This document shows positions 39,901-55,859 of a stretch of DNA of 64,000 nucleotides, piece after piece. Source of the DNA: Magallana gigas (taxonomy: Eukaryota); NCBI RefSeq assembly GCF_963853765.1, contig NC_088858.1, forward strand, positions 30,690,001-30,754,000, in the 5' to 3' direction. The stretch's first letter is position 1, and every line of letters begins with the position of its first letter. The position numbers were made by a program, and so were the translations under genes. The notes under the pieces were generated by a model. It saw only the letters and a program-made list of their open reading frames with translations. It was not told where the DNA came from and ran no database searches.

Positions 39901-42714
39901 CAAGCTGAATGTCTATCATCTTCTTATTCATTTTAAGCATATATAAACAGTTCCTAATTACATTTAACATTACATTTCATTTTAGGTCTAAAACTAAAAT
40001 TTTTACTTCATCATTCAAATTGTAAACAAAAGCTTTGTTTACATAGAATTGTAAGCTCTGTATTTCACTTATACATCGACTAATGGCGATCAAATTTCGT
40101 TTGACTATTAGAAATGCCTTACTGGAGCATTGCAAACATTCAAAACGTAAAAATAAATTTTGACCAAAATCGTGACCATGCCCCTTTGATGGTCACGCAC
40201 GTTATATACATCTTTCAATTTTGAAATTGTCGAAATGGATTTAAAGGTTAGAGAATTTTCAGACTTTCTTTTTAAATATCTTGTTTATCGGTCGACGCTT
40301 CATATATCTGTTTTCATTAACCATGCAACTTATCAGAATAGGAAAAACCATTCAATAAGCAAAAGAAATAATTCATGCAGAATATGCATATGTCCATTCA
40401 CTAAATTTTAAATATCAGCATTCAAACGTTCTAATATTAAGTTTGTTTGATTTTTCTAGACTTCGCCATTCCTTATGGAGGTCAAAAATGACGAATTTGG
40501 TGATAACAAAACATATCGCGGCTATATTATCGACTTGTTAGATGAAGTAAAGAAAAAAGCGAACTTTGAGTACAAAATTGAAATCTCGCCCGATGGGACA
40601 TTTGGACGAGAGTTGACGCCGGGGAACTGGAGCGGAACAATCAATGAGGTCATTCAAAAGGTAATAAACAAGTATAAGATCTAAACATCAGAAAAAATAC
40701 TTATTTCGCAACATTGAGTTTGATTCGAGATGTCAAATGTCTAAAACGTCTTTGTAAGGTTAATAGCAATGAAATTCGTAGATGAATTCAGAACTGGGAG
40801 AAAACTTGAGCTAATTCATGAATCTAGCAATGAAAACGATTGATAGCAACTGCTTAGAATGGACCTCGAACCTGCCTGCTACTGACTTAAGTGGCTTAAG
40901 TGATTAAAAGCTGTGTTCAACAACTTTTAATTATGTTTTAGAGGGCTGCCTTTGCCGCAGGTCCAATAACCATCACTTCTAAACGGGCAAAGAGCGTCGA
41001 CTTTTCCACTCCGTTTCTTACAACACCATTTGGAATAGTATTGCAGAAACCGGAGAACATCGAGGAAACAGTGGAGCACCGCCTGTTGAGGATCTGGGCC
41101 CCGCTCAAACCCAGCGTGTGGATGATGATCTTCATCTCGTTTCTCGTGACCAGCATCATACTGTACGTGGTGTCTTATTTTAACCCCTATGAATGGCGGA
41201 GAATGTCGCACGACAGGGAAGCAACTCTTCGTGAAGGGGAGTCCTTCACCTGTATGAACAGCTTCTGGTTCGCCATAAGCGCTCTGATGTGGCAAGGTAA
41301 CGCTCTTGATATTGCAGAAACAGGTGCATGCATAGTGGCATAATTATGCGTCAAGTTGGAAGTGTTTAAGTACTGTCATCCGCTATAATAAAATAAAATC
41401 CGCTATCTTCAGCTGAAATGTTTACGTGGCAATTTATTATAACGGTTGATTAATATTTGTGTTAAGAATTAGTGAAAAGGGGGCTTTTCTTCATTATTTT
41501 TTTTTAGATGTGTAACGTAACAATGATTTTTTCTTCTTCTAGTTTTGATTCATTAAACACAACTACCTCAATTGGTTGGTTCACTATATCGAGACCCAAT
41601 CATCTGTGATGAGTACATTTTTTTTATTTGAAACTAACGGACTTGTGTCCTGAATTTGTAGGTTACGTTCGGGCTCCTCGCTCCATCGGTGGCAGAATCA
41701 TTGTCATGTTTTGGTGGCTTTTTGCCATCATCTCGATCTCTTGTTACATCGCAAACCTATCAAATTTACTCAAGCTTGAGAGCAACACCAAAAGCATCGA
41801 AAAGATTGTAGCAGTTAAGAATTTCAACGATTTCGTGAACAGTGACATTCCATATATCATTACCAAAGGAGGAGCAATGGAAGAGTTTATTTCCAAATCA
41901 GAGGCCAGGATAGCCCGGCAGCTAAGGTCCAAAGGGTACGGCACCGTTAATTCCATAAAGGAAGGCTTGGAAAAAGTCAACGACGAGCCGACGCAGGCTC
42001 TAGCGTTTATAGGGGAATCCATGATGATCAAGTACTATTTGCGAAGCTATTCCTGCAAGCTTTATGTAGTTGAGGATCCGTCTTTTTATAGACAATATGC
42101 CTTAGTTTTACCAAAAGACTCGACGATCGAACGGAGACTGAATGCAGCAATATCGTCGCTGGATGAAGTAGGAATTCTAAATGACATGTATGAAAGGTGG
42201 TTTTCCGCGTCCTGTCGAGGAATTTCATTTGACTTGAGTCGCCCCGAGCTTTACGAAGTTCCAAAATTCTTTGTGCTCGATGTCGGCCATTTTTCTGGAG
42301 CCATGTTGGCTTTAGCCATTGGATTGGTGTTTGGGGGTTTGGTTACGTTAATAGAATACATCATCTACAAATATGCCGAAGAGGTAATGAAAACAATATG
42401 GGCATTTCGTTCAAATGTGAAATAAATTTGCTTCACATTGGAAGGTTTTAGATTTATCATTTTAGATTCTGATTTAAATTGGATATGCATACAAATATCA
42501 TTGATACTTTTTTAATAGTACACATATTAACGATATCGTTAACGTTTCTTTAAAAAGATATGATTTTCAATCTTTTTTTTTTTAGCCGGAAAAGGAAAAA
42601 TCGAAGGCCAAAAGGAAGGCAAGGTTGGGAGTTCAACAGGAAGCGGAAATAGAGGGTGCGTCCGATTCCGCCAACAGGCTGTTGTCCGGGAACAAATCAA
42701 CAACGACGGTGTGA
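36722..42714 (+). CDS. Ionotropic glutamate receptor-family subunit lacking the amino-terminal domain, ~497 aa
   Basis: Exons 36722-36778 (signal peptide MERFVYWVLLVYTILQSSE), 37120-37149 (AAPLTVSSVL), 40460-40660, 40942-41296, 41662-42383 and 42586-42714; all GT-AG and frame-consistent. Contains S1 (YRGYIIDLL, DGTFG, GPITITSKR, VDFSTPF), M1, FNPYEW, M2, M3, S2, M4 and a C-terminal STTTV*. Confidence 0.88.
39687..40185 (+). mobile_element. ~500-bp Kolobok-like non-autonomous element in iGluR intron 2
   Basis: TIRs GGGCATGGTCACGATTTTGGTCAA / TTGACCAAAATCGTGACCATGCCC with TTAA / TTGA flanks; partial second copy at about 43100-43280. Confidence 0.65.
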
Positions 42715-44549
42715 GAGTAGTCAAAATAAGATTAACTAGACTATGATTTCTCTTTAAATTTCCACCTCTGTATGTTCTAGCTTTATATCTCATTCCAGTT
42801 TTTATACCTACAATTGTTGCTTTGGATCCAGATTTACCCTTTTCGTAGTAGATTTTTTAAGGGGAGGGTGACAGTTGTGGGAGAGATCACCCTTAAAGTT
42901 TGTTAATCACATTACCATCTGATAAACTGAACATTTTTTTATCTTAGGATTTTTTTATCTTAGGAATACCCAAAACTGGGCATCTTTATACTTATCATGT
43001 TGTAACTTTTGAATGTAATGAATGGATGCTAATGCAAATTTTTCAACATGCAGCTCAACAATTACAACATGCAGCTCAACAATTACAATACAAATGTATA
43101 CAAATAAGTGACCTGAGGTTTATTTACATAACAAAGAATTGTGAGTTCGTTATCTCGGTCATAACTTGGCGACCGACATCCAAATCTTGGTTGACTACTA
43201 GAAATGCCTAACAGAAGCATTTAAAACATTAGAAACCTGAAAAATAAATTTTGGCCAAAATCGTGGCCATGCGCCTTTGATAAATAGGAAAATGTTGCAA
43301 AAATAAAAAATGTAGAATGCTTGATATTGTATTATTGTACGTATATGTAAGTATTATTGTTGAAATATTTTTTTTTTAAGTTTAATGAACACGTTGAACA
43401 AAATAGCCAATAGTCTTATATATCTCCCAACATTAGCGTTTTTAACTATGAATTCATGCAGTAAATCGAATTGATTTAATACTTTTCATAGTTATTTGTA
43501 AACCAAATCGGAAAAAACCAATCATTCAATAAATTGGCAATATATAAAGCATTTACTGGAAAATCAGAGAATTTTATTACGAGCAATGAATAAAGATATC
43601 AACGACCTTGGTGTTATGGCGAGCATATCACACGAAAGAATGAAGAGCTAGCAATTTATGAACACGTTTTTATCATTATTGCTGACAGCACAGCTATAAG
43701 ATGCACAGCTAGGGTTATCTGTGCGGAGATAGAATATGCTCCTCTTCCATGTGCATCTCTCTATCAAAATAGCTCTTGATTTATTTCGCTGTTACGGCGG
43801 CGCTTTGATTGTATAGTCATGTATCTATTACAAAGGCATGTATATGTACGTCATAATATTGTACAACGAATACAGGCGGTAGAAATATGTTTTTACCAAT
43901 GTGTGTATGCGTACGTTTATGTCATAGACATAGGATTGATGCGTAACGCCAATTTGAAAGATTTATACAAATACATGACTGTATAGAGTAAATTAATTAT
44001 AATCGTGATGATTATTTGATATAACATATATTTTTTTTTAAATCACCCATACAAATTTATAAAATTAAAAAAACCGAACAAAAAAAATCCACGTCTTCAA
44101 CATTTATTTATAAATCGTGCTTGTACGGTTTCATAAAGACGTACATAGCACATTGATATACAAAAGAAAACAAAATAAATGCCCAATTCAAATATAAAAA
44201 ACAAGTTTCAACGTCTCACATGACAAATAGTTGTGTGTTTCAAAAACTACGTTGATCCATGAATTAGAGAGATTACATGTAGCCATTGAGAATACGGTCA
44301 TCACATAAAAAGAATATCATCGGCAGTCACATAGTGACATAATTGAAATAAAAGAGAAATTATCTGAAATTCGATTGTTTTTTCCAGATTTTACGCTTGA
44401 TGACAATACAGGCAATACATCGACTCCATGATTTGCACCAAACACATTTCGTCATATCATTTACGCATATCTCACTTTTACACACGACATATTCTATCAG
44501 ACAGTCATTGCTGTAAATTAATTAATATCTAGAGATGTACAAACTAATG

Positions 44550-49107
<4,558 letters not shown>

Positions 49108-49862
49108 CTTGCTTCCACTCACAGATCGATACTAACACTGCAGTAGAGTTTCATGGACGCGTCAACGCGAGATGGAATTAAAGTCTTAATATTGAGTAAC
49201 GATTATTCGTTATCTTAAACATCAAGTGAATATCAAAACGCAAAGCTGAATCCAAACGGCATTATCTGATAATATGTGTGGGTACCTACCCAGAAGGCGA
49301 TTATGCGAGGAAGCCAGTGGTGTATTATTTACAGCTGTCACTGAACGAAACGCATACGAGATCGCTGAATTCACATGTCGCTGGATTTCGGTCATCGAAC
49401 GAAGATAAAAAGAAAAACAGATTTATAATGGTCATTCCAAATCATTCAGCTGTTAGACAAAAACAATTCAGTTGGAAGCACGTGTGTGTAAGTACGCTAC
49501 CTGACTAGTAACGGTAACGTTTATAACACAGGTGTGAGAAAACAAACGACTGACGCCCCAGGTAAAACGAGTTTATAGAGATACAGGTATACATGTATAT
49601 AACTCAATAGAGCATATACCTGTCGATTAAGTATATTTATCAGAATAACGTATAATTCTTAAGTAGTCTTCACACAACATAAACAGATTTTTATTACTTC
49701 TATGTAATCAAAGAACATTTTATTTATTGAAAGGTTTGGGCTTTCAAGTCATACTTTTTATATAACCGAAATATTGAAAGGTGTTCTTGATTAACTTGTA
49801 GATGGTAACATAATTTAAATGTTCGTGTATTTATGACAAGTTATGTGTGTTAGATCTGTTAT

Positions 49863-50755
49863 TTATTGTATTCTTTGCACAAGAAAACCAGAGAAAGTTG
49901 AAAGGGGGCCTCCACCGGTGACTGTGATATCTCCAACGACGAAGTTGATTAGAACGGAAATTACGTCACCTTGTGCCAGTTGTGTTGTCACTGAGGATGT
50001 TCTTCGTAAATATGACAGGTGACTGTCACTGTCAAGGATAGTGATGGATATAGGAGAGCCGTTCTTCATTATCTTGGCATGCAGTGAGTGACCACTTTGG
50101 GGATGGGCACTAGAGGAAAGTTCAAGAGAAAAATAGTAGACACCGGAAGTAGGACAATAAAATGTGCCAGTCTTGTTGTTGTAGAAGTTTCCGGAATTGA
50201 ATTGAACCTTATCGAATACGATGCTCATACCAGCTGAGGGATGCGCAAGGGACGTCGACAGCTCTGCACTAAAGGCAACAGGTTGCTGATTTGCAACTAC
50301 AAAATCAAAAACAAAAATACACATATATATATCAATGGATTATTAAAAAAATAAAAATATACATTTACATTGCACTTCTATATACTTTTTAATTAACCTT
50401 CGTGATTTGGATAAGGAAAATTTTTATCGTGATTAATCAACGTTTGCAGTGTCGATTAAAAAGACTCAGTTTGTGTTATATGTGCATCTACTTTCTCTTT
50501 GTAGGGTAGATGTGGCTCAGATATTTGGATAATAAGTTTTTTTAAATTTTAAATTAAAAACAGTAGAATTATCGTATTAAAGTGCATCAACTTACTCTGT
50601 TCTAGTGTTTCAAGTCTTTGTTGCAGGAGAGCGACCTGGTGCTCCAGCGGTGCGATGCATTGTCCACAGTCTTGGTTCTGTAACAGAATTCCTTCTAACG
50701 GAAGGACCAGAGTTACATGTAGTACCAATATCAGAAAATTTTCTGTTATCGACAT
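49863..50755 (-). CDS. Secreted C1q-domain-containing protein (signal peptide, short coiled coil, gC1q), 197 aa
   Basis: Exons 50755-50596 and 50296-49863. gC1q motifs VAFSAEL, IVFDKVQFNSGNFYNNKTGTFYCPTSGVYYFS, LAQGDVISV, STFSGFLV. Confidence 0.92.
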
Positions 50756-52075
50756 TACAGCCTTGAGTTTGTAGAACAGTTTAGAAATTCTATAGACCTC
50801 TTTCTATAAAGAGCACTGCTTATCACTAGATGGAACTACACTTGTACATGTGTAGAGTCTTGTACGTATAGCAAAACCATGGTTCTTGTAAAACCTACAA
50901 TTAATTCTTAACGCGTTAAGTTATCTATAAAATGATTATATATGCGATAAAGTTGCAGTTCTGTAGTTATAAATGGCATTGATCTCATGCATATCGATTT
51001 ATTAAATAATATTCAAATGCCACACCTTAGACTAAAAAAATTTATACGTGTAGACTAATTTGCAGTTATCAAAGGCTAATAAAAACTCTAAAACAAAACC
51101 CTGTTTGAGGGCCCATTTGACGTTTATTTTATGAAAAATGACTTAAACATTGAAAATTGTGTTCTTTAAAAACAGCAGGAAGTTTTTATAAAAAAAATTA
51201 CACAAGTCGAAAAATTACGCATAAATAAAACAAAATATATATGTAATTTACTTTTTACCATCCAAGGTTTTTTTTTTTATCTCAGTTGGAAGACAAGGGG
51301 TCAATATCAATGGAATTCGTTTGAACATATTTTATTGTATATATAATATACAAAGGGTTCGAACACAAGTTCTTGCAACTTACTAGGTTCTCACCCAATG
51401 GAATCAATGGAATTAGGAGTGAACTCTGTTCGATCCTCTTGTCAGCTTGGGATAATTCATTTATATTGTACAAATTTTGTAAAAAAAAAAAATTCAAGAT
51501 CTTAAAATAATCAGTATGTGGCAAAGTATTGCTAATACAAACGTTTTAATATGAGGGGAATGAGGTGAGGTCATTCGAATGAAGAAACAGTTGAAAAATA
51601 AAGCAAAACAACCATTTTAAGGATAAAAAATTTCATTTTTTATTCAGAATAATACATACATGAGCACATAATTATTAGTATTTTTAAGACACTGACAATT
51701 ATAGGAGTAACAACGATATGAACATGTTTCTTCGAACTTTATTACATTTAAAAACAAACTATAACAAGTCAGTAGTAACTGATTTTTAAAAAACCAAAAA
51801 TAAATGTACCTATTTCAAAAACAGCATTGAATCATTGATTTGTTTTGTACATTTTTTCCAAATATATGTAACACATTTTGACTAAAATATTACTTGTAAA
51901 AACAAATTGGATACTAATATTAACAAGAAAATTTGATTCAAATAAAGTATTCATAAGATGAAATGTTAAAAAATAAACTACGCACAAGAAAAGCAAATGT
52001 GTAACTAAAACTGTAGATAATGTAATGATTGTAGTAGAAAAAATTTTGACAAGGGAAGAAGCATCACAAAGTAAA

Positions 52076-52116
<41 letters not shown>

Positions 52117-52144
52117 GTTTTCATTTTATCTCCTGACGCATCAC

Positions 52145-54247
52145 CTAGAAATGGAAAAGGTCGGATTCTTGTAAGTCTTGTGACAAGAGCAAGGCATTTG
52201 TTATTTCATTTTCTTGCATTGCATTTCTCGAGACAGGGGTTCTGATGTTCAGAGCTGTTGGTTCGGGTCTACAGTAGCTAGCTCCTTCTGTCTCCCTGAT
52301 ATGTACGTTTGAGAACGTAGCACTGGGTTTCCGATACGGTACAATAGTTGCTGTCCTTCCTTTATTATCTACCACAGTCCTGCCTGTATCCGAATTAAGT
52401 ACATCAAAGTTGTTCTGGCTCGCCGAGAACGAATTCGAATATTTTCTAATAAATTGGTCATTTTCGCCACCCTCTTGGAAACGGGAATAAATACCGAAGT
52501 TGTTTTGTGGAGCTATGCTTTCTTTCCCACCCTGAAAGGTTTCGTTTTCGAATGAAGTTTGCAAAGCTTCGTTCGAACTATTCCTGTCGATAAGAAAGCG
52601 TTGGCTATTGTTTTGCGATGCCTGGGCACGAACACGAAAAGGATATCCGGCGGAGTGAGAAGGATGGATAGGATGTGAAGAATTGAAACCTGACGAGATG
52701 TTGTTTCCCCTAGTGGCAGTATCAGTATTTGTGTGTATGTTTGTTCTGCAAAGGTTGTCGTCGATTAAATTATCAACAAAGTCGTCTTGCAATAAATCAA
52801 AGCCATTGCCTCGCAGACTAGAAGCGGGGGTTTCTTCGAACAATTTCAGCAAACTGGAACTAGTCATTTGACTATTTTGAAGTCCAGAAATATCGCCCCT
52901 TTCATTGCTGCAGGACGTAGTGTATAAATTCAGACCGTCCACGATATCCGATATGGAATGCTTCCCGAAATCAATATTATTTTGCGTGCTGGGGTCGCGA
53001 TTCAATGAGTTTGTCTGAATGAACCCATCGTCTGTATTTGGACTTCTATGATATATTGGTGTCTGCGGTTTGTTATTATAAAGAGATTTCTGAAAACGCC
53101 GATTACGTAGATATTCTCGTAGAAAGTACCGTCGGAACTTCAGAGCCAACATGTATTGAAATTTCCTGAAAGCACGTGCTTGAAGGGCCAACTTACTGAG
53201 CTGCAAAGGAGGGTTTTTGTTCATCACGTGACCATTTTCTCTTTCTAGCCGACGTGTACCTCTTTGTCCCCCATTCGCTTCTCTTGTCCTGCTTAGCATC
53301 TCAGTCCCTTGAGGTCTGTAGTCAAAGCAGGGTCCCGCATTTAAAGAGGACCGTTCACTCTCGTTTCGTCTTGAAGAAGTATTAGCATCATCATGTTGTT
53401 TGGGGTGAACAGAAAATGCGCTCACTTGTTTGACTGGGCATATAATGCCATCAGAGCGAACTATGAATCTGTCGACGCTTTTCCCATCTTGGTCAAAGAG
53501 GATCGCATTTTTGTTTAAATGTGGAAAATTTTGTTGTTGATGTTGGGCTCCTAAAGCTATCATCGGTTGATTTCTCTGTTCCCCATTTGGGTGGAACTCT
53601 TTCTGTAACCCGATAAGAGAACCTTCGTTTAAAGTAGGGAAATTTGTTTCTTCTAGTCCTGCTGGAGTTGAGTTCTTGCTATTTCTCATCATTTCTCTTC
53701 TTTGGCTTTGCGTCGCACTCACAATTGGTGCAACCCATTTCATAGAACCACTATCTGATGCTTTATCTTTTAAAATGGTCGCCTCTGTCTGTTTGTTTAT
53801 TGAAACTGATGACGATCTTTCAGAATGCTGCAATGCAAAAGATGATTCTTCAGTTGGATATGGGCCTTCCTTTTCTTGAATAGAGTTGTATTCGCTTTCT
53901 GAAATAGAAGACACGCTGCCAATTCTGCATTCGGGTGAGTTATTTCTGTCTGCATTTTCAAGCTTTTCAGTATCCATATCATTAGACTTCGTATTGTTGT
54001 CTCTGGGTAGACAAAAATTCGTTTGATAAGCTGTTCTTTCTGACTGAACAATATTCAAATCATGCAATGACTTCAAACTTTTTTGTTTGGATACTCTTCC
54101 CACAAGTTCATTTTGTCTACTACGGATCGAGTCTTTCCCATATTCGTTCAGAATTCGGTCGATGCTTTCGTGAAGTACAGAAAATTTCCGTGAAGTGTCT
54201 TTTTTCGGCGCTTTCTTACTAATTTTCTGTTTACAATATCTGTGCAT
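52145..54247 (-). CDS. Uncharacterised 700-aa Ser/Asn/Gln-rich protein in a single coding exon
   Basis: 2.1-kb stop-free frame in AT-rich DNA; splice acceptor at 54291 just upstream with an in-frame stop before the ATG. No domain recognised. Confidence 0.75.
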   Translation of the reverse strand: MHRYCKQKISKKAPKKDTSRKFSVLHESIDRILNEYGKDSIRSRQNELVGRVSKQKSLKSLHDLNIVQSERTAYQTNFCLPRDNNTKSNDMDTEKLENADRNNSPECRIGSVSSISESEYNSIQEKEGPYPTEESSFALQHSERSSSVSINKQTEATILKDKASDSGSMKWVAPIVSATQSQRREMMRNSKNSTPAGLEETNFPTLNEGSLIGLQKEFHPNGEQRNQPMIALGAQHQQQNFPHLNKNAILFDQDGKSVDRFIVRSDGIICPVKQVSAFSVHPKQHDDANTSSRRNESERSSLNAGPCFDYRPQGTEMLSRTREANGGQRGTRRLERENGHVMNKNPPLQLSKLALQARAFRKFQYMLALKFRRYFLREYLRNRRFQKSLYNNKPQTPIYHRSPNTDDGFIQTNSLNRDPSTQNNIDFGKHSISDIVDGLNLYTTSCSNERGDISGLQNSQMTSSSLLKLFEETPASSLRGNGFDLLQDDFVDNLIDDNLCRTNIHTNTDTATRGNNISSGFNSSHPIHPSHSAGYPFRVRAQASQNNSQRFLIDRNSSNEALQTSFENETFQGGKESIAPQNNFGIYSRFQEGGENDQFIRKYSNSFSASQNNFDVLNSDTGRTVVDNKGRTATIVPYRKPSATFSNVHIRETEGASYCRPEPTALNIRTPVSRNAMQENEITNALLLSQDLQESDLFHF

Positions 54248-55859
54248 ATCTTGTGCAGAACTTCGCTCTAGTCAAGTCAAACTTTAGCACCTGATCATAA
54301 ACTGGAACAAAAGCGAGAAATTTTACTGTTAACCACAATTGAAACATACTGTATTTTTATATCAAAACCATAAGCATTTTTAAAGAAAATACCCATTTAC
54401 TTACATGTACAATGCTCGCCAAAAGGAAACGCAATTTTGTTTCACTTTACCGTATATTTTATGTCAAACGGAATCGTACAATGTCGCGCATCCTTTTGTT
54501 TTTTCCTGTAAGCATATCTATTTACAAGATGTTTAAATATACATGCATGCTGTTTCTTGCAGCTGTTTCGGTGAGCCCGAGTCTAATTATTTCTGCTTTA
54601 AGATTTTTTGAAAGAAATTTCTTGCATGATTTTACTACCTTATGATATCAATTATTTTAAGGTTTAAAAGTCGTGTACCAACCATCACCATTTCCTAGCG
54701 TTATCAATTATGACCACTGGGCCTAATGGGAATTTTAGGAAAAACGAAAAAAAAAATTCCGAAGGATTTTTTTAATATTCAGATGTGCAAGATATATGCA
54801 AATGTAAAAGTTGATGTAAAATGCCACAAACTAATAAAATTTAAAAAAAAAATGTTCATCGTTATGTCAAGCATAATGGCGTGAAAGAAAATTTTGTTAG
54901 AAAATAAAAATGTTCAGATTCTTATACCTTTCTTTTGATGCCCTGAACATTTGAGTTGACTCAGTGTACCATAAATTCATATCCATATAGAGCTCTAGAA
55001 AGAGATTAATTAAGGCCATATTTTGGCGCCATATCTTATTTGACGTCATATTTAATATACCTTTTCTTACATAATCTCAACCTGTTTTTGGACTGCAATT
55101 ATCGGTATCTATAAAATAATATTCACTTTGCAGATTACACAACTAATGAAATTACTCTTTCCAAAGAAATCATATAAAATTGAAGTGTAAAAAAACTAAA
55201 TAATAAGGATAATTTCAACTTGAAAATTGTAATCAGGTCACTGATTCTAATTTTAAAAACGAAAAAATGATATAACCGAAATATAAAAACAAACCAAATT
55301 AACATTTGATCACATTTAAAAAAAAAACTTCCATCTTCTGATTTATCAGTAATAACACAGAAAAACAGCAAGAGTTATTCATTTTATGGCACTCTTAAAA
55401 TCAATATCAGTATACATAAAAAACAATAACATCAGTACACAAAATGAATTTCAAAGTATAAATAAATATAGTAAAATCTAATATGATAACATAAATAGAT
55501 AAAAATAAATTTGAGATATAATGGATACATGTGGGTTATGGATTCTGGATAAGAATTAGGATAGGGCAAGATAAATGCACTTTTTATTATACAATCTGGC
55601 TACTTCTATAGAGCTATGAATTAACTATAAGTTTCCATAACTATAAGTTTCCATAAGAAACAGAGGTAAACATACTCGGTATATGTAAATATAAATAAAT
55701 AACCTATATTTAAATCATTTGCATGAACAACAATTTTAAATCATTGCATTACAAAATTATTTAAAATTGAGAAACAATAGGTGACCTGGTCATGTTTTTG
55801 TTGCATGAAATGTGACACAATATGGAAACTAGTACAAGCACTGCCTCTTCCCTCCTTCT

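Noticed and set aside
37150-40459. Hidden ATD exons in the 3.3-kb iGluR intron (e.g. ORF 39074..39376)
   Set aside because: No ATD-like translation, the region is filled with MITE/Kolobok-like repeats, and the S1 first strand is already in the preceding exon.
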